NCBI GenBank assembly: GCA_000004695.1
Contig: CM000150.2
Location: 1,984,001 to 2,048,000 of the forward strand
Length of the DNA stretch: 64,000 nucleotides
Direction: 5' to 3'
Origin: Dictyostelium discoideum
Lineage: Eukaryota
A program made the translations under genes and the position numbers. The first letter of the stretch is position 1. Every line of letters begins with the position of its first letter. Positions 46,028 through 61,305 of this stretch are shown here, piece by piece. The notes below the pieces were generated by a model. The model searched no databases. It was not told the DNA's origin and was given only the letters and a program-made list of their open reading frames with translations.

Positions 46028-46639
46028 TTATTTTGATCTTTTAAAAAGTTTTTTTAATAAAAATAAAAGAATTTCAGATTTTGGTAATGAAATTATTGAT
46101 AATTTTTGAATCTCTTTTAATATTGAATTATATTGTTCATTTTCAAAATTTTCATAATGTTTAGGTATATTAATTTCTTTAAAAATTGATTTAACAATTG
46201 AGACATCATTTTCATTATCATTTCCATAATTTTTTTTTAATTGATTTAATTGATCATTATTACAAATTGTATTTGCTTTACAAATTAACCAAGAACATTT
46301 ATTCTCTTGTATATCAGTACCAGTTTTACCAATTACTTTAGGATCACCAAAACAATCAAAATAATCATCTTGTGCTTGACCATAAATTCCTAAATTAAAA
46401 CAAATATTTTTAATTAATTCTTCTTCTTGTTCTTTTTCTTTATCTTTTTCTTCTTTACAGGTTGTATCATCTTTTTGTTTCTCATTATTATCCATAATAT
46501 CTGTCAATAAAATTGCAATTTTAATTTGTAAATAAAAAACATGGTGTGAAGATTTATTAATACAAATTTGTGAATAACTATTAAATAAATAAAAAAAAAA
46601 CACAATTGTTAATAATAAATAATTATTTAAAATACAATA

Positions 46640-46707
<68 letters not shown>

Positions 46708-47078
46708 CATACTTTTCAAATGTAAAATTTGTAAAATCACCTCTTTTTAAATGAAATGATGATGAATCTAATAATTGACCAGTTGCAGTATAAAAAATTG
46801 ATTCATGAAATAGTTCAAACAAATCAACATAATAAGATTTATTTTTAAAATATTTTTTTAAAATAAAAAATAAAAATGATTCTATTAATACTGAATCATT
46901 AATTGCAAGCATACCAACTTTATGTTCGGTTGGATTAAATGGACTTGGATGACGATACCAACATAATTCACCTCTTCTTGTTAAACCATTATCCATTATA
47001 TCATCTGTTATTAAAAAAAATGATAAAAATTCAAGACACCATCCGATTATTCTTGCTTCATGTTGGCTTGTTTCTGAA

Positions 47079-47109
<31 letters not shown>

Positions 47110-47344
47110 CAAAATTATTTTTTGCTATTAATAAAGTATTTAAAGAATAAAGAAATCCTAATCCTCTATACATTTTACCACCTGTAATTGTTGGTGAATT
47201 TAATAATTCTTTTATATAATCAATTGCATTACTTGCTAATTTCATTTTTGGAAGTTCATCGAATACATCATTTTTTAAAATTGAGTAAACTTTAATAAAT
47301 TCTTCCCTTTCATTTTCTAAATCAATTTTATAATGGGATCCCAT
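46028..47344 (-). CDS. fps: Farnesyl diphosphate synthase (polyprenyl synthetase). CDS is join(47344..46713, 46583..46028), about 395 aa. The intron contains a (TA)n microsatellite.
   Basis: A first Asp-rich motif [15 protein letters not shown] (FARM) and GGKMYRG are present. A second motif [30 protein letters not shown] (SARM) is present. The track ORF reads through the intron as YIYIYI..., so the splice (GTATGT donor, AG acceptor) was placed by homology and phase. Confidence 0.6.
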
Positions 47345-47643
47345 TTAGATATATTGAAAAAATTGATAAAAAAAAAAAAAAAAAATGAAAAAAAAAAAAA
47401 TAAAAAAAACTAAAGCATCGTGTGTTTGATAAAAAAAAAAAAAAAATGAAAAAAAAAAAATGAAAAAAAAAATAATAAAAAAAAAAAAATTAATGGAGTT
47501 TAATAATAATAAAACATAAATCTGGTTTTTTTTAGATAACTGAAATTGTATTAGGTTTATAATATAATGTCGATTGTATCAATAAATAAATATATTAATG
47601 CATTTAAACCAAATACACAGATGTGTATTAAATTATTATGTAG

Positions 47644-48762
<1,119 letters not shown>

Positions 48763-48767
48763 ACAAT

Positions 48768-48801
<34 letters not shown>

Positions 48802-48964
48802 TGTTGTAAAATATCTCTAATAAAATCTAAAAATAAAACATTAGTTTTTATTTAATTGGTTCATTAAAAAAAAGAAAATAATTAAGATTTTGTTATTTTT
48901 TCCAAGTTTTATTTTATGGAAATAAAATTAAAAAAAAAAATAAAAAAAAAATTAAGAATATTAT

Positions 48965-50502
<1,538 letters not shown>

Positions 50503-50539
50503 TCTTTTTTTTTTTTTTTTAAAAAAAACAGAGAAAAAG

Positions 50540-50590
<51 letters not shown>

Positions 50591-50947
50591 TTGTTTATTT
50601 TTTTATTTTTTTAATTTCAATTTTATTTTTTAAAATAAAAAAAAAATAAAAACAATTTTCTGTTTATTATTAAACGTAATATTCCGTAAATGGAATTTTT
50701 TATATTTTTTTATTTTTAAAATAAATTTCCATTCTAACTAAATAATGGTATTAGATTTTTCATTAATGATAAACATATATCCATTAAAAATAAAAAATCA
50801 AGCAAACAAAAAAAAAAAAAAATAAAAAAATAAAAAAAAATAATAATAATAATATCCAGATAACCATCAAGTAAAGTTTAAATCAATGTCGATAATTTTT
50901 TATTTTTATTTTTTTAATTTCTTTTTTTAATTTCTATTTTAATTTCT

Positions 50948-50979
<32 letters not shown>

Positions 50980-51069
50980 TTTAAATCTTAATAATAATAA
51001 ATAAATAAACTAAATTTTCGAACAAGATTTATAGTTTAAATAATAAATTTTTTTTTTTTTTTTTTTTTT

Positions 51070-51795
51070 TTAAGCTTTTATAAAATAAGTTTTTTCTCTA
51101 TAATTTGCAAATTCAATAACAATTTCATTTAAAACATCTAATAAAAATGGACAATAAATTGAATCAATACTTTTTTTCCAAATATTATTATTATCTAATT
51201 TTACTATATTTTTAACTTTTTCTTTTGTATTTTCTAATACAGTGAAATTAATGCAATTGACAATTGATTTTATACCTTTTGCAATACCCTTTTGTAAATA
51301 AGATACTGAAGAACCTGATAATTTAATACCTTGACATTTTAAAAGATGATCTCTCATTAATTTAATTTGAACAGATTCAGTACTTGGATTTTGAAAAATT
51401 GAAAATAATAATAGCTTTAAACGATTCAAATGATCCCTATAGCCAATTGTGAATGGAGAAGTATTTAAAAAACTAATATTTGAATTTATCAATGAAAAAT
51501 ACCATCCATTCTTATCTGGACTATCATAACATAAAATATTTGAAAAGAATGTTGAACTATTCCAATTCAATGGTGGTGATGGTAATTTACAAAAATTATT
51601 ACAAAATATATCGAATGCTATAATTTTACCTAATTGTTTAAATTTTTTACCACCTTTACTACCTGAAAAATATTCTTTATGATTTAATTCATTAAATCTT
51701 TTACCATTATTTCTATATTCTAAAACTATTTTTTGTAAATAAAAAATAGAAAAATTAATTAATTAAATTATTATTATTTTTTTTTGAAAATTTTG

Positions 51796-51835
<40 letters not shown>

Positions 51836-52491
51836 CTTAAAAAAAAAGATTTTTCCAATTCAGATTTTATAAAATCATTTAATGATTGATCATCTTTTGA
51901 ATGAATTAATAAATTATAGGACATTTCAGTGTATTCTAAATTTGAAAAATCTAATAATCTCATCTCTGGAATTGGATACTTTAAAATACCTTCTAAAACA
52001 TATGCGTATACATCATGTGCAATGGTCGATGATGATTTTAATAATATTTGACTTTCATTATAATTATTAATAATACTTGGATTCTCGTCGTTGGTATTGT
52101 TATTATTATTTATACAATTATTATTACAAATATTATTATTATTATTATTTACACAATTACAATTTAAATTATTTATATTATTTATATTATTATTATTATT
52201 AAATGTTATTAATAAAAATATATTTGAATTTCCAAAATCTATTTTTTCAACTGAAGAAATTGATTTCCAATCAATATTTTGAATATTTGAAAATGTGGGA
52301 ATATTATAATCTATATTTGTCGATGATGATGGTGATGATGATGCACTACTTCCATTAAAATTTCCACTTGATCTTTTATTAGTGGTTCCACTACTATTTG
52401 AACTACTACCACCAATATTTGATGAGGAACTACCTGAATCAATATTTTTATCAAATGAAATTTTATTTCTTAATTCTCTTAATGTTTTCAT
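51070..52491 (-). CDS. Hypothetical Ser/Asn-rich protein, about 436 aa. CDS is join(52491..51837, 51725..51070).
   Basis: Two track ORFs were joined by a 111-nt intron (GTTTGT donor, AG acceptor, phase 1). The C-terminal half is non-repetitive (...LGKIIAFDIFCNNFCKLP...IGYRDHLNRLK...). I recognise no family. Confidence 0.35.
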
Positions 52492-52839
52492 TTTTTATTA
52501 TTTTTAATGATTTTTTATTCTATTGAGGTTATAATTTATTTATTTTTATATATTTATTTTATTAAAATTTGGTTCGTACCAAAAAATAATTTTTATTAAC
52601 TAAAGGTATTTTTTTAAAAAATTCTAAATAATGACTAACTTTTTTTTATATAAAAAAAAATTATTTTTACCAAAAAAAAAAAAAAAAAAAGAAAATAATA
52701 ACTTATAAATTTTATTTTTAAATTAATTTTTAAAATATTAGCTATTAATTATTAATTATTAATTATTATTATTATTATTTCTATTGCTATTATTTAATTT
52801 AATTGATAGGAAAAAAAAAATACTAATGGCAACGAATTT

Positions 52840-52882
<43 letters not shown>

Positions 52883-53024
52883 AGGAATTGAATTTAGTTA
52901 GAAATAAATTTAACTAAAAAAACACATGTATAATATTATTTAGTCGTCCAAATTATAACAATGGTAAATTAATTATTATTATTATTATTGTTATTATTTT
53001 AAAAAATTATTAATATTAAATATG

Positions 53025-53084
<60 letters not shown>

Positions 53085-53399
53085 ATAATGTTTAAAAAAA
53101 AAAAAAAAAAATAGATTTAAATAAATATTGGAGGTAAATAGATTTTTTTATTGTTAAAAATAAATAAAAATGAATATATAACAACACGAGTAATAATAAC
53201 AAAAAAAAAAAATAAAAAAAAAAAAAAAAAAAAAATAATTAAAAAAAAAAAAAAAAAAAAAAAAAATTAAAAAAAAATAAATAAAATTTAAAATAAACAT
53301 AAATAACTATCATTATAATGTAAATAGTGTTGTTTTATTCATACTTTTATCTCACTTACTAACTCTTTAAAAAAAAAAAAAAATTATTATTATTTACAC

Positions 53400-53885
53400 A
53401 CAAAAAAAAAAACACAACACACCCACATTACTCCCAAAAAAACAAACATACTCACTATTAAGAATATACGATATAATTGTTATATGTTATCTCTATTAAT
53501 TTATTTTTATATATTAAATACAAATAAACATATTCTCAACATTAATTCAAAACAAAGAATTGTATAATATGATATTTCTTAAAAATTAAAAAAAATAAAA
53601 AAAATAATTGTGATATTCCTCTTCACTAAAATTGTTTACTATATTGATGTAAAAAGTGTGAGTGTGGGTGTGGTAGTGGTGGGGTAGTGGTGGGGTATTA
53701 TAAATTAAAAAGGAAAAATTGAATTATTATGATATTTTCCCAAATACTCTGCTTAAATCTATATAGTAATTTCAAATATATATTTAGAAATGTTATTTGA
53801 TTTTTTTAATATTACAAAATACATACTCACACCACCACATATTATCACATATTACCACATATTACCACACACACCCAAACGCTCA
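53400..53885. promoter_or_regulatory. Cluster of CA-rich and GT-rich islands of alternating polarity in a gene-poor AT desert. Includes an inverted pair, gtgtgagtgtgggtgtggtagtggtggggtagtggtgggg (53645-53695) and ccacacacacccaaacgctcacacc (53855-53880).
   Basis: Read directly from the sequence. G-box/CA-element-like runs of this kind are the binding sites described for the Dictyostelium G-box binding factor (established knowledge). Assigning that function here is inference. Confidence 0.3.
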
Positions 53886-55495
53886 CACCATGAATTTAAT
53901 GTTAAAATATTATTAATAATAATAATAAAATAATAATAATATTAATGACAATTTAAACAAAAAAGTTTAACAAATATAAATCTATAACTTTTATTGATTG
54001 TGGGTTATTGTTGCTATTTTTAATATCTTTTTTTTTTCTAAAAATAGAAAAAAAAAATTTTAAAATTAAGATACAACAAGGAAAACCACTTAAAATATCG
54101 AATTTCGAAAATAATTGTATATAGATAAATTGAAAATTTATTACTTATTACTATAAAACATATTAAAAAGTATTTTTTTTTTTTTTTTTTTCAAAAATTC
54201 ATTTAAACCTGTAATACAAAAAATATTTTAATTCTTAAAAATGTGCCAACATTTAAGAAATTATCAAAAAAATTGAAACTTTAATGTTATCAATTTTTAA
54301 AATATTAAAATAAAAAAAAAAAAAAAAATTTTTTACTTAAATATGTTTAGAAAAAAAAAAAAAAAAAATTTTAATAAAAAATGATTCAGATCAGATTTTA
54401 AAAACGTTATCATTTTTTTAATTAAAAAAAAAAAAAAAAAAATAATAATACTTATCAATTTTTTCTATTTAAAAGTTTTGTAATTGGAATACTGAAATGA
54501 TGTTTTACAAAAATCGAAAATGGTAATATCTTTATTTTTTTTTTTGGTTTTAAATCTTTTATCAAAAGAATAAAAAAACAAATTCCAATCTACTATAAAA
54601 ATACATACAACCCCACTACTATTTTTATATTTATTTTTTTTAAACCAAAAAAAAAAAAAAAAAATAAAGAAAAAAAATAAATTAAAAAAAGAAAAAAAAA
54701 TATGATGTAATAAAAAAAAAAAAAAATTGTTTTTACTCTTTTTGATCATTAAAATTAAAAACTAGATAAAAAAAAAGTAAAAATTAAAAAAAATAAATTA
54801 ACTTCATTGAACAACCTATATAATAATTTTACCATTTCAAGTTCATACTTTTACTTGTGGTAAACAAATAATAAAATATTGTTAAATAAATCACAATTTT
54901 ATGTAATTTTTACTTTTTTTTTTTTTTTATTTTTTAATTGACAATTTATTCAAATAATTCTTTTTTTTTTTTTTATTTTAATTTTCAACCTAAATATTCT
55001 TTTTAAAATCTATTTTATTTGTGCACCAATAGTAATATTCAAAAATACTTTGTTTTTTTTTTTTTTTTTTTTTTACTAAAATAGTATTTGTTTTAAATAC
55101 AAAAAAAAAAAAAAAAAATTTGGTTTTATTTAGTGAGTAAATGAATTTTTAAACGAGAAATGTGTTTTAACACATAATATTCGTATACGAATATGTGGTA
55201 TTGTGAGTGTGTGAATTAAAAAGTTTTTTTTTTTTTTTTTTTAGTTTTATTCAATTATTTAAATTATTATTTTTCATATTATTTTTATTATTTTTAATTA
55301 TATATATATATAATTGTTTTTTTTAAATAAATAACCGATAAAATGGGGTGGGGTGTGACCAAATTTTAAATATTATAGGAAATCTAAATTTATTTAAATG
55401 GTTGTTTTTTAAACATTAATGAAAATAATCAATACATGCGCTCATTCCACAACACTTTCCTTTTTATAAAAATAAGGGTTTGTTTAATTTTTGTG

Positions 55496-55542
<47 letters not shown>

Positions 55543-55883
55543 GTGGGAATGTATGAGTAGTAATTATTGTGGGTAACCCAATAATACTTTCTTTCATTCA
55601 AATTGTAAAATATGTTTGAAAAGAAAGAAAAAAAGTAAATAGAAATAACCATCAAATTGCATATCACACCTACCAAATTATTTTTAAAAATTGGTGGTAA
55701 ACTACATTTTTGGAAAAAGCTTAATTATTGCTTATTCTCTCATTTGGAAAAAAAAAAATTACAAAATTATTGAAATTCACATAATATATTTACTATTTTT
55801 TATGAGTTTATAATATTGAATAAAGTTGATTTGAAATTCCTTATAAATTAAAAAATTATTTTAAATTTTTTATTTTCAATAAT

Positions 55884-55923
<40 letters not shown>

Positions 55924-55945
55924 CATATTATTTCATTCCATTATA

Positions 55946-56220
55946 ATGACAATTTCAGGTAAGTTTATTTTAAATTTTATTTAAAATTATAATAATAATA
56001 ATAATTAAAAAACTAATTTTGATTAAAAAAAAAAAAAAAAAAAATTAATTATAGGTTTATTAAAGAATTTAAGTTTTAAAAATATTTCGAATAATAAAAT
56101 TCTTTTAAACAATGAATATATCTCAAATAATAGTAATAAATATGGTAAACAAGAATTAACAGAAAGATTTTTTGGTGGTGGTGGTTTTTCATATAGCCCT
56201 AAAGGATTAACCCCACATTA
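55946..56220 (+). CDS. Small two-exon gene P1 (59 aa). CDS is join(55946..55958, 56054..56220).
   Basis: A 13-nt first exon ATGACAATTTCAG is followed by a GTAAGT donor and a TAG acceptor. The protein is MTISGLLKNLSFKNISNNKILLNNEYISNNSNKYGKQELTERFFGGGGFSYSPKGLTPH. It is the mirror paralog of P2. Confidence 0.4.
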
Positions 56221-56366
56221 AATATTAAATTAAATTTATTTAATTATCTATTTATTTATTTATTTATTTATTTTAAGATTAAAAAAATCTGTTGTAATTT
56301 TATTTAAATAAAGAAAAAAAAAAAATTTTAAAAAAATATTTATAGTTTTTTTTTTTTTTTTTGTTT

Positions 56367-56401
<35 letters not shown>

Positions 56402-56406
<5 letters not shown>

Positions 56407-56671
56407 GTGGAACTATACCCTTAACATCATAATAACAAGATTGTTGAAACTCATAAATATTATTGATTGAACATTTTTGTACATGTACTTGATCATTTTT
56501 TTGAACAGTTAAATTTAAAATATTTACAAAGTTATTTAATTTATTTAATTTTAAAATATTAAAACTATCTATTATTTAAAAATAGTTAAAAAAATAAATT
56601 TTTAGTTGTTAATAACCAATTTAATCTTTAATTTATGATTAAAATAAAAATAACTTACTAAATATAGTCAT
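56402..56671 (-). CDS. Small two-exon gene P2 (59 aa), convergent paralog of P1. CDS is join(56671..56659, 56568..56402).
   Basis: A 13-nt first exon ATGACTATATTTA is followed by a GTAAGT donor and an AG acceptor. The protein is MTIFNSFNILKLNKLNNFVNILNLTVQKNDQVHVQKCSINNIYEFQQSCYYDVKGIVPH. The exon lengths (13+167) are the same as P1, and both share the MTI start and the KG(L/I)(T/V)PH end. Confidence 0.4.
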
Positions 56672-56962
56672 TTTTTTTTTTAAGATAAATCTAATTAATT
56701 ATTTTTTTCTTTTTTGACTAAAGAAGTGATTGGAATTTTAATTATTTTATTTTTGTTTTAAAAGTTTTTATTTTTTTTATAAAATTAAAAAAGTAATTGT
56801 ATTTTTTTTTTTTTTTTTATTTATTATTTTTTTTTTCTGTTTTTTTTTTTTTTTTTGTTTAGTATAGTATTTTTTCTTGATTTGGAATCTATTGGGTAGT
56901 TTCATTAAAATGATTTCAAAATTTTTATTTTTTTTTTTTTTCTGTTCTGGTTTTCTATTTAT

Positions 56963-56993
<31 letters not shown>

Positions 56994-57386
56994 TTTTTTT
57001 TTTTTTCGATTTTTCAATTTAAGTCTCTTCATTATCATTTTATAGTGTTTAACCTAAATTTTATTGTTTGTGCATGTCACAATTCAAGTTGTCAGCATAT
57101 TAATTAAAACATCACTATTAAACTCAGTGGTTGTGGTATTAATTTAGACAGTTAATATAAAAAACATAACTATAAAAAAGTTAGGTTGTTTTTTTTTATT
57201 ATTAAATAAAATTAAGCTAAAAATAAAATTTTTTAAAATAATAATAATAAAAACTGTCGTTTAAAATAACCCACACACTCGCACACACCACAATTTTCGA
57301 TTTTTTAACAATAACTTTTTTTGTACAGTTTCATATAAAATATATTTTAAATTTATGACACAATAATAAAACAATTATTATTATTT

Positions 57387-57419
<33 letters not shown>

Positions 57420-58125
57420 GAAATTTATTTAATCATTTAAAAAAAAAAAAATACTAAGAAAAAAAAAAAAGGAAAAAAAAAAAAAAACAAATAATTAATT
57501 TTGGTTAAAAAAATTTGATGGTTTTTTAAAAAAAAAAAAAAGTAAATTGAAATTAAAGATATTTTAAATCCTGAAAAAAAAAAAAAAAAAAAAAATAAGA
57601 TATTTTTTCATTTTTTTCATTTTTTAAACCTGGTTTCGATATTTTTCAAATAAAAGTGAAAATATCTAATTTTTTTGTGCATTTTCAGTTTTATTTATTT
57701 TGATGATGTCAACTAAAATTCAATTCCACTTATAGTACGTCATAATTATTTTCTTTTTTTTTTTTTTTTTTCATTTTAAGTATCACAATTCCATTTATTT
57801 TCTATTTTTATTTTTACGAAAAGACAATTGTTTTTCCCATTTTTATAAAACATTTTTTTTTGAATTTTTTATTCAAAAAAATCTTTTTTTTTTTTATTTT
57901 GATTTTTATGATTAAAAAAAAAAAAAAAATTAAAAAAATATTTAACCCCTTTTTTTTTTTTTTTTTTCAATTCAATTCAATTCAATTCAAAAAAAAAAAA
58001 AACTTAAAAAAAAAAACAGTAATAATAATATTAGTATCACTAATAATATATATATATATAATTAATATATATATAATTTTAAAATATTATTATTAAAAGA
58101 AAAAAAAAAAAATAATAAAAATAAA

Positions 58126-59871
58126 ATGAAATCGACATATTCTTTATTTTTAATATTATCAACAATACTTTTGTATTTTACAATCTCTACTAAATCAATT
58201 GATGTAGATATTTCAACATTCCTTGAAAATGATTTTGATGATGCATCATCCGATTTAACACGTAACATTACAGAATTAATTCAAGCAAGAGGTTACCCAG
58301 TTGAAGATCATACTGCAATTACTGCCGATGGTTATATTGTAAGTTTATTATTATTATTATTATTTTTTTTTTTTTATTTTTTTTTTTTTTATTATTATTA
58401 ACATTTTTTAAAAAAAAAAAAAAAAAAAATATATATATATAGCTTTCAATTCAACGTATTCCAGCAGGTAGATATGCATCAAATCCAAATCCAAATGGAA
58501 AGAATGGTAAACCAGCAGTTATATTACAACATGGTGTTGAAGATATTGGTACATCATGGGTAAATCAATTAAATGTTTATCAAAGTTTAGGTTTCATTTT
58601 AGCTGATGCTGGTTTTGATGTTTGGATCAATAATGTTAGAGGTACTAGATATAGTAATTCAAGTATTGATTTAGACCCATCTGAAAGACCTGTAAATATT
58701 AAAATTAATATTATTTTATATGTATTTATGTATGTATGTATGTGTGTATGCATGTACTAATTATTAATTTATTTTATTTAACTTAATTAGTTTTGGCAAT
58801 TTTCATATGATCAAATGGCAGAATTTGATTTACCATGTGTAATTGACTATGTTTTAGAAGTTACAGGTAATAGTAAAGTTGGATATGTTGGACATAGTCA
58901 AGGTACAACAATGGGATTCATCGGATTCGTTAATCAAACTGTTGCTGAAAAGATTAACCTTTTCGTTGCATTAGCACCAGTTGTTAGAGTCACTCATTGT
59001 CAAAGTCAACTTTTAAATATTTTAGCAGAATTCAATATCGATATTTTATTCGAAGTTTTAGGTGATAAAGCATTTTTAGCTGATACTCCTTTCCTTCAAA
59101 AATATTTACCAATAATTTGTAAAAATGTAAATATTTTAATTAATAATATTTTTAAAAATATAAAATACTAATAATTTTATTTTTTTTTATAATAATAATA
59201 ATAATAATAATAATAGGAACCATCAGTTTGTGAAAATTCATTAGCATTAATTATGGGATGGGATACAGCAAATATTAATGAAACTCGTTTACCAGTTTAT
59301 ATGGCAAATGAACCAGGTGGTACAAGTGTTCAAAATGTTGTTCATTGGGCACAAGCTACTAAATATGGTTATCAAAAGTTTGATTATGGTTTAATTGGTA
59401 ATCTTCAACACTATGGCCAATCAACCCCACCAAAATATGATATAACTCAATTCAATACACCTGTTATTGCATTCTCTGGTGGTCAAGATTTTTTAGCTGA
59501 TCCTGATGATGTAGCATGTAAATATTATTAATATTATTATTATTTTTTTTTAAAAAATTAAAATAGAAAATATTAATATTAATATTACTTTCTTTTTATT
59601 TTTTAGGGTTAATTCCACAATTAAAATCTTTAGTTTATTATAAAAATTTACCAACTTATTCTCATCTTGATTTTGTTTGGGGTATGTATTTTTTTTTTTT
59701 AAAAAAAAACCTATAATATATTTTAAATATTTATATAATTAATTTTTTGACTAACAAAAAAAAAATAATAAAAATAATAAAAATAATAATAATAATTTAG
59801 GTGAAACTGCATATATCGATGTATATGCTGATGTTGTTACTTATTTAACAAAATACTCTACTGTAAATTAA
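58126..59871 (+). CDS. Acid lipase family protein L3 (414 aa), six exons. CDS is join(58126..58338, 58443..58691, 58791..59126, 59217..59517, 59607..59681, 59801..59871).
   Basis: It has a signal peptide, an ARGYPVEDHTAITADGYI motif and HGVEDIGTSWV. It has a GHSQGTTMGFIGF nucleophile elbow and SHLDFVWG. All donors are GTAAGT/GTAAAT/GTATGT. Phases and the three track ORFs are consistent. Confidence 0.7.
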
Positions 59872-60234
59872 ATAAAACCAATTTATTTTAAATTAAATTA
59901 AATAAAATCAATTTATTGTAATTTTTCTTTTTTTTTTTTTTTATTTTTATATTTATTTTTAAAATACAATGGTTCTTGTAATATTTTTTATTTGAATAGG
60001 AATTTATTTTTTTTTTTATTTTTATTTAAGAAAAAAGAAATAAAAAATGGTCAAAAAAATTAGATATAGGGATACAACTTATTTTTTTTATCTATTTTTT
60101 TATTTATTTTTTTAAATAATTTATAAAACAATGTCTATTGTGGTGATTGTTATTTAAATGAAGAAATTGTAAAATATAAAGTTTAATCAGCAATGGGGTT
60201 AAAAAAACACCATTTTTGATGCAGTGGCAGTCTG

Positions 60235-60266
<32 letters not shown>

Positions 60267-60868
60267 ATACAATTAAAAAACATACAAAAAATTTAAAATA
60301 TATTAAATGGGATTAAAAAAAAAAAAAAAAAAACTCAAACTGTGTTCACCTATTAATTATGCATATATTTTTTTTTTTTTCCCCCATTCAATTATATTTT
60401 ATGTGTGGTTATATTGGGTGGTAGTGTGTTATTTGATTATTATTTTTATAAATTTTATATTTTTTTTAATTTGAAAAAAAAAAAAAATTAATAAAATAAT
60501 AAAAAAATAAAATAAACATCCACCAACTTTTTTTATTTTTATTCAATTATTTATTTAATAATTTTTTTTTTTTTTTTTTTCATTTCTATCTATATTTTGG
60601 AATCATATAAAAATAATTTATAATATTATTATTTATAATAATTATTAATATTAATGTTATTTTAATTTCTATCTATATATTGACATCATATAAAATAAAT
60701 TCCATTTCATTTCAATTTTTTTTATATATATCATTTAATACTCCATATATTTTATTTTTACTTTTGTTTTATTTTTATTTTTATTATTTTTTTTTTTTCA
60801 TTCTTTCTTTTTTTTTTTTAAATAAGAAATATAATAATAAAAATAGTAATAATAATAATAATAATAAA

Positions 60869-61262
60869 ATGGCATTAAAAAATAAATTTATTGTTGCAAT
60901 GTTTGCATCAATTTTTATTATTTCTTCATTAACCTTTTTATTATTTGATGGTGGTATAAATAAAAACTTTAATCAATCATTACCACCAAAGTGGAAAATA
61001 AATATTGGAAAAGATGGAAATGTGGAATATTTAAATGATAAAAAAAATGTTAATGAAAATAATGAAAATAATAATAATCATCATAACTATAATAATGCTA
61101 ATAATCACAATGCTAATAGTGATCATAATAATGCAAATAATAATAATAATCATAATAATCATAATAATAATCATAATAATCATAATAATAATCATAATAA
61201 TCATAATAATAATCATAATAATCATAATAATAATAATCATAATAATAATAATAATAATAAGA

Positions 61263-61305
<43 letters not shown>

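Noticed and set aside
60680-60868. TTG-initiated upstream extension of the mannosidase ORF
   Set aside because: It is AT-rich promoter sequence with no stop by chance. The paralog-like signal-anchor Met at 60869 is the plausible start.
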